DNA of 64,000 nt from the human T2T-CHM13v2.0 reference genome, Homo sapiens: NCBI RefSeq assembly GCF_009914755.1, contig NC_060928.1, one strand, 5' to 3'. Both the position numbers and the translations under genes were made by a program. Below, one piece after another: positions 1-10,500 of the stretch. Within the stretch, counting starts at the first letter, position 1. Every line of letters starts with the position of its first letter. Below the pieces are notes generated by a model, which saw nothing but the letters and a program-made list of their open reading frames with translations, had not been told where the DNA came from and did not search any database.

Positions 1-540
1 AGTGGGCATTTCAAGCGCTTTCAGGCCTATGGAGAGAAAGGAAATACCTTCAAATAAAAACTAGACAGAAGCATTCTCAGAAACTTATTTGTGATGTGTG
101 TCCTCAACTAACAGAGTTGAACCTTTGTTTTGATACAGCATTTTGGAAACACTCCTTTTGTAGAATCTGCAGGTGGATATTTGGATAACTTTGAAGATTT
201 CGTTGGAAACCGGAATATCTTCATATAAAATCAAGACAGAAGCATTCTCGGAAACATCTCTGTGATGTTTGCATTCAACTCAGTAGAGTTGAACACTTCC
301 TTTCATAGAGCAGGTTTGAAACACTCTTTCTGCACTACCTGGAAGCGGACATTTCGAGCGCTTTGAGGCCTATGGTGAAAAAGGAAATATCTTCTCATAA
401 AAACCAGAAAGAAGCATTCTCAGAAACTTCTTTGTGTTGTGTGTACTCAAGTAACAGTGTTGAACCTTCCTTTTGACACAGCAGTTTTGAAACACTCTTT
501 TGGTAGAATCTGCAAGTGGATATTTGGATAGGTTTGAGGA

Positions 541-557
541 TTTCGTTGGAAACGGGT
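541..557 (+). promoter_or_regulatory. CENP-B box, monomer c (core intact; recurs in each HOR except unit 17)
   Basis: TTTCGTTGGAAACGGGT fits the core NTTCGNNNNANNCGGGN. Confidence 0.85.
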
Positions 558-710
558 TATCTTCATATAAAATCCAGACAGGAGCATTCTCAGAAACTTC
601 TTTGTGCTGCATGTCCTCAATTCACAGAGCTGAACCTTTGTTTGGATACAGCATTTTGGAAACATTCCTTTAGTAGAATCTGCAAGTTGATATTTAGATA
701 GCTTTGAAGA

Positions 711-727
711 TTTCGTTGGAAACGGGA
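711..727 (+). promoter_or_regulatory. CENP-B box, monomer d (mutated in units 12, 15, 17, 18)
   Basis: TTTCGTTGGAAACGGGA, a perfect match to YTTCGTTGGAARCGGGA. Confidence 0.9.
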
Positions 728-1050
728 ATATCTTCATAGAAAATCTAGACGGAAGCATTCTCAGAAACTGCTTTGTGATGTTTGCATTCAAGTCACAGAG
801 TTGAATATTCCCTTTTATAGAGTAGGTTTGAAACACTCTTTCGGCACTACCTGGAAGTGGATATTTCGAGCTCTTTGAGGCCTATGGTTAAAAGGAAATA
901 TCTTCCCATAAAAACTAGACAGAAGCCGACTCAGAAACTTGTTTGTGATGTGTGTATTCAACTACCAGAGTTGAACATTTCTGTTACAGAGCAATTTTAA
1001 AACACTCTTTTTGTGGAATCTGAAAGTGGATAATTGGATATCTTTGTGGA

Positions 1051-1067
1051 TTTCGTTGGAAACGGGA
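1051..1067 (+). promoter_or_regulatory. CENP-B box, monomer f
   Basis: TTTCGTTGGAAACGGGA. Confidence 0.9.
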
Positions 1068-1388
1068 TGACGTATAAAATCTAGAGAGAAGCATTCTCAG
1101 GAACTTCTTTCTGATGTTTGCATTCAAGTCACAGAATTGAACATTCCTTTTCATAGTGCAGGTTTGAAACACTCTTTCTGTAGTATCTGGAAGTGGACAT
1201 TTCAAGCGCTTTCAGGCCTACGGGGAGAAAGGAAATATCTTCAAATAAAAACTAGACAGAAGGATTCTCAGAAACTTATTTGTGATGTGTGTCCTAAACG
1301 AACACAGTTGAACCTTTGTTTTGATACAGCATTTTGGAAACACTCCTTTTGTAGGATCTGCAGGTGGATATTTGGATAGATTTTAAGA

Positions 1389-1405
1389 TTTCGTTGGAAA
1401 CGGGA
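1389..1405 (+). promoter_or_regulatory. CENP-B box, monomer h
   Basis: TTTCGTTGGAAACGGGA. Confidence 0.9.
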
Positions 1406-1730
1406 GTTTCTTCATAGAAACTCAAGACAGATGCATTCTCAGAAACATCTCTGTGATGTTTGCATTCCACTCATAGAGTTGAAAACTTCCTTTCATAGAG
1501 CAGGTTTGAAACACTCTTTTTGTAATATTTGGAAGTGGACATTTGCAGCGCTTTGAGGCCTATGGTGAAAAAGGAAATATCTTCTCATAAAAACCAGAAA
1601 CAAGCATTCTCAGAAACTTCTTTTTGATGTGTGTACTCAAGTAACAGAGTTGAACCTTCCTTTTGACACAGCAGTTTTGAAACAATCTTTTTGTAGAATC
1701 TGCAAGTGGATATTTGGATAGCTTTGAGGA

Positions 1731-1747
1731 TTTCGTTGGAAACGGGA
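1731..1747 (+). promoter_or_regulatory. CENP-B box, monomer j
   Basis: TTTCGTTGGAAACGGGA. Confidence 0.9.
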
Positions 1748-2242
1748 TATCTTCATATAAAATCTAGACAGAAGCATTCTCAGAAACTTCTTTGTGCTGT
1801 ATGTCCTCAATTAACAGAGTTGAACCATTGCTTGGATACAGCATTTTGGAAACATTCCTTGAGTAGAATCTGCAAGTTGATATTGAGATAGATTTGAAGA
1901 TTTCGTTGGAAAAGGGAATATCTCCATATAAAATCTAGACGGAAGCATTCTCAGAAACTGCTTTGTGATGTTTCCATTCAAGTCACAGAGTTGAATATTC
2001 CCTTTTATAGAGCACGTTTGAAACACTCTTTCTGCACTATCTGGAAGTGGACATTTCGAGCGCTTTGAGGCCTATGGTGAAAAAGGAAATATCTTCCCAT
2101 AAAAATTAGACAGAAGCATTCTCAGAAACTTGTTTGTGATGTGTGTATTCAACTAACAGAGTTGAACTTTTGTTTTTACAGAGCCGTTTTAAAACACTCT
2201 TTTTGTGGAATCAGAAAGTGGATATTCGGATGGCTCTGAGGA

Positions 2243-2259
2243 TTTCGTTGGAAGCGGGA
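2243..2259 (+). promoter_or_regulatory. CENP-B box, monomer m
   Basis: TTTCGTTGGAAGCGGGA. Confidence 0.9.
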
Positions 2260-2750
2260 TTACATATAAAATCTAGAGAGAAGCATTCTCAGGAACTTCT
2301 TTGTGATGTTTGCATTGAAGTCACAGAATTGAACATTCACTTTGATAGAGCAGGTTTGAAACACTCATTCTGTAGTATCTGGAAGTGGACATTTCAAGCG
2401 CTTTCAGGCCTATGGTGAGAAAGGAAATATCTTCGAATAAAAACTAGACAGAAGCATCCTCAGAAACTTATTTGTGATGTGTGTCCTCAACTAACAGAGT
2501 TGAAACTTTGTTTTGATACAGCATTTTGGAAACACTCTTTTTGTAGAATCTGCAGGTGGATATTTGGATAGCTTAGAGGGATTCGTTGGAAAGGGGATAT
2601 CTTCATATAAAATCTAGACAGAAGCATTCTCAGAAACTTATTTGTGATGTGTGTCCTCAACTAACAGAGTTGAACCTTGGTTTTGATACAGCATTTTGGA
2701 AACACTCCTTTTGTAGAATCTGCAGGTGGATATGTGGATAGCTCTGAAGA

Positions 2751-2767
2751 TTTCGTTGGAAACGGGA
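2751..2767 (+). promoter_or_regulatory. CENP-B box, monomer p
   Basis: TTTCGTTGGAAACGGGA. Confidence 0.9.
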
Positions 2768-3091
2768 ATTTCTTCATATAAAATCAAACAGAAGCATTCT
2801 CAGAAACTTCTCAGTGATGTTTGCATTCAGCTCATGGAGTTGAACACTTCCTTTCATAGAGCCGGTTTGAAACACTCTTTCTGCACTACCTGGAAGAGGA
2901 CATTTCGAGCGCTTTGAGTCCTATGGTGAAAAAGGAAATATCTTCTCATAAAAACCAGAAAGAAGCATTCTCAGAAACTTCTTTGTGTTGTGTGTACTCA
3001 TGTAACAGTGTTGAACCATCCTTTTGACAGAGCAGTTTTGAAACACTCTTTTTGTAGAATCTGCAAGTGGATATTTGGATAGCTTTGAGGA

Positions 3092-3108
3092 TTTCGTTGG
3101 AAACGGGA
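3092..3108 (+). promoter_or_regulatory. CENP-B box, monomer r
   Basis: TTTCGTTGGAAACGGGA. Confidence 0.9.
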
Positions 3109-3303
3109 TGACATATAATATCTAGAGAGAAGCATTCTCAGGAACTTCTTTGTGATGTTTGCATTCAAGTCACAGAATTGAACATTCCCTTTCATAGAGC
3201 AGGTTTGAAACACTCTTTCTCTAGTATCTGGAAGTGGGCATTTCAAGCGCTTTCAGGCCTATGGAGAGAAAGGAAATACCTTCAAATAAAAACTAGACAG
3301 AAG

Positions 3304-6300
3304 CATTCTCAGAAACTTATTTGTGATGTGTGTCCTCAACTAACAGAGTTGAACCTTTGTTTTGATACAGCATTTTGGAAACACTCCTTTTGTAGAATCT
3401 GCAGGTGGATATTTGGATAACTTTGAAGATTTCGTTGGAAACCGGAATATCTTCATATAAAATCAAGACAGAAGCATTCTCGGAAACATCTCTGTGATGT
3501 TTGCATTCAACTCAGTAGAGTTGAACACTTCCTTTCATAGAGCCGGTTTGAAACACTCTTTCTGCACTACCTGGAAGCGGACATTTCGAGCGCTTTGAGG
3601 CCTATGGTGAAAAAGGAAATATCTTCTCATAAAAACCAGAAAGAAGCATTCTCAGAAACTTCTTTGTGTTGTGTGTACTCAAGTAACAGTGTTGAACCTT
3701 CCTTTTGACACAGCAGTTTTGAAACACTCTTTTGGTAGAATCTGCAAGTGGATATTTGGATAGCTTTGAGGATTTCGTTGGAAACGGGTTATCTTCATAT
3801 AAAATCCAGACAGGAGCATTCTCAGAAACTTCTTTGTGCTGCATGTCCTCAATTCACAGAGCTGAACCTTTGTTTGGATACAGCATTTTGGAAACATTCC
3901 TTTAGTAGAATCTGCAAGTTGATATTTAGATAGCTTTGAAGATTTCGTTGGAAACGGGAATATCTTCATAGAAAATCTAGACGGAAGCATTCTCAGAAAC
4001 TGCTTTGTGATGTTTGCATTCAAGTCACAGAGTTGAATATTCCCTTTTATAGAGTAGGTTTGAAACACTCTTTCGGCACTACCTGGAAGTGGATATTTCG
4101 AGCTCTTTGAGGCCTATGGTTAAAAGGAAATATCTTCCCATAAAAACTAGACAGAAGCCGTCTCAGAAACTTGTTTGTGATGTGTGTATTCAACTAACAG
4201 AGTTGAACATTTCTGTTACAGAGCAATTTTAAAACACTCTTTTTGTGGAATCTGAAAGTGGATAATTGGACAGCTTTGTGGATTTCGTTGGAAACGGGAG
4301 ACGTATAAAATCTAGAGAGAAGCATTCTCAGGAACTTCTTTGTGATGTTTGCATTCAAGTCACAGAATTGAACATTCCTTTTCATAGTGCAGGTTTGAAA
4401 CACTCTTTCTGTAGTATCTGGAAGTGGACATTTCAAGCGCTTTCAGGCCTACGGGGAGAAAGGAAATATCTTCAAATAAAAACTAGACAGAAGGATTCTC
4501 AGAAACTTATTTGTGATGTGTGTCCTAAACGAACACAGTTGAACCTTTGTTTAGATACAGCATTTTGGAAACACTCCTTTTGTAGGATCTGCAGGTGGAT
4601 ATTTGGATAGATTTTAAGATTTCGTTGGAAACGGGAGTTTCTTCATAGAAACTCAAGACAGATGCATTCTCAGAAACATCTCTGTGATGTTTGCATTCCA
4701 CTCATAGAGTTGAAAACTTCCTTTCATAGAGCAGGTTTGAAACACTCTTTTTGTAATATTTGGAAGTGGACATTTGCAGCGCTTTGAGGCCTATGGTGAA
4801 AAAGGAAATATCTTCTCATAAAAACCAGAAACAAGCATTCTCAGAAACTTCTTTTTGATGTGTGTACTCAAGTAACAGAGTTGAACCTTCCTTTTGACAC
4901 AGCAGTTTTGAAACAATCTTTTTGTAGAATCTGCAAGTGGATATTTGGATAGCTTTGAGGATTTCGTTGGAAACGGGATATCTTCATATAAAATCTAGAC
5001 AGAAGCATTCTCAGAAACTTCTTTGTGCTGTATGTCCTCAATTAACAGAGTTGAACCATTGCTTGGATACAGCATTTTGGAAACATTCCTTTAGTAGAAT
5101 CTGCAAGTTGATATTGAGATAGATTTGAAGATTTCGTTGGAAAAGGGAATATCTCCATATAAAATCTAGACGGAAGCATTCTCAGAAACTGCTTTGTGAT
5201 GTTTCCATTCAAGTCACAGAGTTGAATATTCCCTTTTATAGAGCACGTTTGAAACACTCTTTCTGCACTATCTGGAAGTGGACATTTCGAGCGCTTTGAG
5301 GCCTATGGTGAAAAAGGAAATATCTTCCCATAAAAATTAGACAGAAGCATTCTCAGAAACTTGTTTGTGATGTGTGTATTCAACTAACAGAGTTGAACTT
5401 TTGTTTTTACAGAGCCGTTTTAAAACACTCTTTTTGTGGAATCAGAAAGTGGATATTCGGATGGCTCTGAGGATTTCGTTGGAAGCGGGATTACATATAA
5501 AATCTAGAGAGAAGCATTCTCAGGAACTTCTTTGTGATGTTTGCATTGAAGTCACAGAATTGAACATTCACTTTGATAGAGCAGGTTTGAAACACTCATT
5601 CTGTAGTATCTGGAAGTGGACATTTCAAGCGCTTTCAGGCCTATGGTGAAAAAGGAAATATCTTCGAATAAAAACTAGACAGAAGCATCCTCAGAAACTT
5701 ATTTGTGATGTGTGTCCTCAACTAACAGAGTTGAAACTTTGTTTTGATACAGCATTTTGGAAACACTCCTTTTGTAGAATCTGCAGGTGGATATGTGGAT
5801 AGCTCTGAAGATTTCGTTGGAAACGGGAATTTCTTCATATAAAATCAAACAGAAGCATTCTCAGAAACTTCTCAGTGATGTTTGCATTCAGCTCATGGAG
5901 TTGAACACTTCCTTTCATAGAGCCGGTTTGAAACACTCTTTCTGCACTACCTGGAAGAGGCCATTTCGAGCGCTTTGAGTCCTATGGTGAAAAAGGAAAT
6001 ATCTTCTCATAAAAACCAGAAAGAAGCATTCTCAGAAACTTCTTTGTGTTGTGTGTACTCATGTAACAGTGTTGAACCATCCTTTTGACAGAGCAGTTTT
6101 GAAACACTCTTTTTGTAGAATCTGCAAGTGGATATTTGGATAGCTTTGAGGATTTCGTTGGAAACGGGATGACATATAATATCTAGAGAGAAGCATTCTC
6201 AGGAACTTCTTTGTGCTGTTTGCATTCAAGTCACAGAATTGAACATTCCCTTTCATAGAGCAGATTTGAAACACTCTTTCTCTAGTATCTGGAAGTGGGC

Positions 6301-7551
6301 ATTTCAAGCGCTTTCAGGCCTATTGAGAGAAAGGAAATACCTTCAAATAAAAACTAGACAGAAGCATTCTCAGAAACTTGTTTGTGATGTGTGTATTCAA
6401 CTAACAGAGTTGAACTTTTGTTTTTACAGAGCCGTTTTAAAACACTCTTTTTGTGGAATCAGAAAGTGGATATTCGGATGGCTCTGAGGATTTCGTTGGA
6501 AGCGGGATTACATATAAAATCTAGAGAGAAGCATTCTCAGGAACTTCTTTGTGATGTTTGCATTGAAGTCACAGAATTGAACATTCACTTTGATAGAGCA
6601 GGTTTGAAACACTCATTCTGTAGTATCTGGAAGTGGACATTTCAAGCGCTTTCAGGCCTATGGTGAGAAAGGAAATATCTTCGAATAAAAACTAGACAGA
6701 AGCATCCTCAGAAACTTATTTGTGATGTGTGTCCTCAACTAACAGAGTTGAAACTTTGTTTTGATACAGCATTTTGGAAACACTCTTTTTGTAGAATCTG
6801 CAGGTGGATATTTGGATAGCTTAGAGGGATTCGTTGGAAAGGGGATATCTTCATATAAAATCTAGACAGAAGCATTCTCAGAAACTTATTTGTGATGTGT
6901 GTCCTCAACTAACAGAGTTGAACCTTGGTTTTGATACAGCATTTTGGAAACACTCCTTTTGTAGAATCTGCAGGTGGATATGTGGATAGCTCTGAAGATT
7001 TCGTTGGAAACGGGAATTTCTTCATATAAAATCAAACAGAAGCATTCTCAGAAACTTCTCAGTGATGTTTGCATTCAGCTCATGGAGTTGAACACTTCCT
7101 TTCATAGAGCCGGTTTGAAACACTCTTTCTGCACTACCTGGAAGAGGACATTTCGAGCGCTTTGAGTCCTATGGTGAAAAAGGAAATATCTTCTCATAAA
7201 AACCAGAAAGAAGCATTCTCAGAAACTTCTTTGTGTTGTGTGTACTCATGTAACAGTGTTGAACCATCCTTTTGACAGAGCAGTTTTGAAACACTCTTTT
7301 TGTAGAATCTGCAAGTGGATATTTGGATAGCTTTGAGGATTTCGTTGGAAACGGGATGACATATAATATCTAGAGAGAAGCATACTCAGGAACTTCTTTG
7401 TGATGTTTGCATTCAAGTCACAGAATTGAACATTCCCTTTCATAGAGCAGGTTTGAAACACTCTTTCTCTAGTATCTGGAAGTGGGCATTTCAAGCGCTT
7501 TCAGGCCTATGGAGAGAAAGGAAATACCTTCAAATAAAAACTAGACAGAAG
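3304..7551 (+). repeat. HOR unit 2, 25-mer variant (4248 bp, carries a 1-bp deletion near 4300)
   Basis: Anchor ORF spacing 3602->7850 = 4248. Extra 6-monomer cassette at 5348-6364. Confidence 0.93.
5686..5855 (+). repeat. Hybrid o/p monomer (representative; present in all 7 cassettes)
   Basis: The 5' part is o-type (CATCCTCAG, TTGAAACTTTG) and the 3' part is p-type (CACTCCTTTT, GGATATGTGG, intact CENP-B box). The junction lies in a shared identical tract, ~5741-5768. Confidence 0.9.
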
Positions 7552-10500
7552 CATTCTCAGAAACTTATTTGTGATGTGTGTCCTCAACTAACAGAGTTGA
7601 ACCTTTGTTTTGATACAGCATTTTGGAAACACTCCTTTTGTAGAATCTGCAGGTGGATATTTGGATAACTTTGAAGATTTCGTTGGAAACCGGAATATCT
7701 TCATATAAAATCAAGACAGAAGCATTCTCGGAAACATCTCTGTGATGTTTGCATTCAACTCAGTAGAGTTGAACACTTCCTTTCATAGAGCCGGTTTGAA
7801 ACACTCTTTCTGCACTACCTGGAAGCGGACATTTCGAGCGCTTTGAGGCCTATGGTGAAAAAGGAAATATCTTCTCATAAAAACCAGAAAGAAGCATTCT
7901 CAGAAACTTCTTTGTGTTGTGTGTACTCAAGTAACAGTGTTGAACCTTCCTTTTGACACAGCAGTTTTGAAACACTCTTTTGGTAGAATCTGCAAGTGGA
8001 TATTTGGATAGCTTTGAGGATTTCGTTGGAAACGGGTTATCTTCATGTAAAATCCAGACAGGAGCATTCTCAGAAACTTCTTTGTGCTGCATGTCCTCAA
8101 TTCACAGAGCTGAACCTTTGTTTGGATACAGCATTTTGGAAACATTCCTTTAGTAGAATCTGCAAGTTGATATTTAGATAGCTTTGAAGATTTCGTTGGA
8201 AACGGGAATATCTTCATAGAAAATCTAGACGGAAGCATTCTCAGAAACTGCTTTGTGATGTTTGCATTCAAGTCACAGAGTTGAATATTCCCTTTTATAG
8301 AGTAGGTTTGAAACACTCTTTCGGCACTACCTGGAAGTGGATATTTCGAGCTCTTTGAGGCCTATGGTTAAAAGGAAATATCTTCCCATAAAAACTAGAC
8401 AGAAGCCGTCTCAGAAACTTGTTTGTGATGTGTGTATTCAACTAACAGAGTTGAACATTTCTGTTACAGAGCAATTTTAAAACACTCTTTTTGTGGAATC
8501 TGAAAGTGGATAATTGGATAGCTTTGTGGATTTCGTTGGAAACGGGATGACGTATAAAATCTAGAGAGAAGCATTCTCAGGAACTTCTTTGTGATGTTTG
8601 CATTCAAGTCACAGAATTGAACATTCCTTTTCATAGTGCAGGTTTGAAACACTCTTTCTGTAGTATCTGGAAGTGGACATTTCAAGCGCTTTCAGGCCTA
8701 CGGGGAGAAAGGAAATATCTTCAAATAAAAACTAGACAGAAGGATTCTCAGAAACTTATTTGTGATGTGTGTCCTAAACGAACACAGTTGAACCTTTGTT
8801 TAGATACAGCATTTTGGAAACACTCCTTTTGTAGGATCTGCAGGTGGATATTTGGATAGATTTTAAGATTTCGTTGGAAACGGGAGTTTCTTCATAGAAA
8901 CTCAAGACAGATGCATTCTCAGAAACATCTCTGTGATGTTTGCATTCCACTCATAGAGTTGAAAACTTCCTTTCATAGAGCAGGTTTGAAACACTCTTTT
9001 TGTAATATTTGGAAGTGGACATTTGCAGCGCTTTGAGGCCTATGGTGAAAAAGGAAATATCTTCTCATAAAAACCAGAAACAAGCATTCTCAGAAACTTC
9101 TTTTTGATGTGTGTACTCAAGTAACAGAGTTGAACCTTCCTTTTGACACAGCAGTTTTGAAACAATCTTTTTGTAGAATCTGCAAGTGGATATTTGGATA
9201 GCTTTGAGGATTTCGTTGGAAACGGGATATCTTCATATAAAATCTAGACAGAAGCATTCTCAGAAACTTCTTTGTGCTGTATGTCCTCAATTAACAGAGT
9301 TGAACCATTGCTTGGATACAGCATTTTGGAAACATTCCTTTAGTAGAATCTGCAAGTTGATATTGAGATAGATTTGAAGATTTCGTTGGAAAAGGGAATA
9401 TCTCCATATAAAATCTAGACGGAAGCATTCTCAGAAACTGCTTTGTGATGTTTCCATTCAAGTCACAGAGTTGAATATTCCCTTTTATAGAGCACGTTTG
9501 AAACACTCTTTCTGCACTATCTGGAAGTGGACATTTCGAGCGCTTTGAGGCCTATGGTGAAAAAGGAAATATCTTCCCATAAAAATTAGACAGAAGCATT
9601 CTCAGAAACTTGTTTGTGATGTGTGTATTCAACTAACAGAGTTGAACTTTTGTTTTTACAGAGCCGTTTTAAAACACTCTTTTTGTGGAATCAGAAAGTG
9701 GATATTCGGATGGCTCTGAGGATTTCGTTGGAAGCGGGATTACATATAAAATCTAGAGAGAAGCATTCTCAGGAACTTCTTTGTGATGTTTGCATTCAAG
9801 TCACAGAATTGAACATTCACTTTGATAGAGCAGGTTTGAAACACTCATTCTGTAGTATCTGGAAGTGGACATTTCAAGCGCTTTCAGGCCTATGGTGAAA
9901 AAGGAAATATCTTCGAATAAAAACTAGACAGAAGCATCCTCAGAAACTTATTTGTGATGTGTGTCCTCAACTAACAGAGTTGAAACTTTGTTTTGATACA
10001 GCATTTTGGAAACACTCCTTTTGTAGAATCTGCAGGTGGATATGTGGATAGCTCTGAAGATTTCGTTGGAAACGGGAATTTCTTCATATAAAATCAAACA
10101 GAAGCATTCTCAGAAACTTCTCAGTGATGTTTGCATTCAGCTCATGGAGTTGAACACTTCCTTTCATAGAGCCGGTTTGAAACACTCTTTCTGCACTACC
10201 TGGAAGAGGCCATTTCGAGCGCTTTGAGTCCTATGGTGAAAAAGGAAATATCTTCTCATAAAAACCAGAAAGAAGCATTCTCAGAAACTTCTTTGTGTTG
10301 TGTGTACTCATGTAACAGTGTTGAACCATCCTTTTGACAGAGCAGTTTTGAAACACTCTTTTTGTAGAATCTGCAAGTGGATATTTGGATAGCTTTGAGG
10401 ATTTCGTTGGAAACGGGATGACATATAATATCTAGAGAGAAGCATTCTCAGGAACTTCTTTGTGCTGTTTGCATTCAAGTCACAGAATTGAACATTCCCT

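Larger units (their letters stand above)
72..3303 (+). repeat. HOR unit 1, canonical 19-mer (3232 bp)
   Basis: Monomer starts: a72 b243 c415 d585 e756 f926 g1092 h1263 i1434 j1605 k1775 l1946 m2117 n2284 o2455 p2625 q2795 r2966 s3133, next a at 3304. Type order is BABBABA BABBABA BBABA. Confidence 0.95.

Noticed and set aside
224-230. TATA-like TATAAAA and AATAAA motifs after box regions
   Set aside because: These are standard alpha-satellite consensus sequence repeated throughout. Sequence alone gives no evidence of promoter or polyadenylation function.
4266-4610. Unique longer 114-aa ORF, and singleton ORFs at 30820 and 36137
   Set aside because: By-products of a 1-bp deletion or single SNVs that remove stop codons in satellite DNA.
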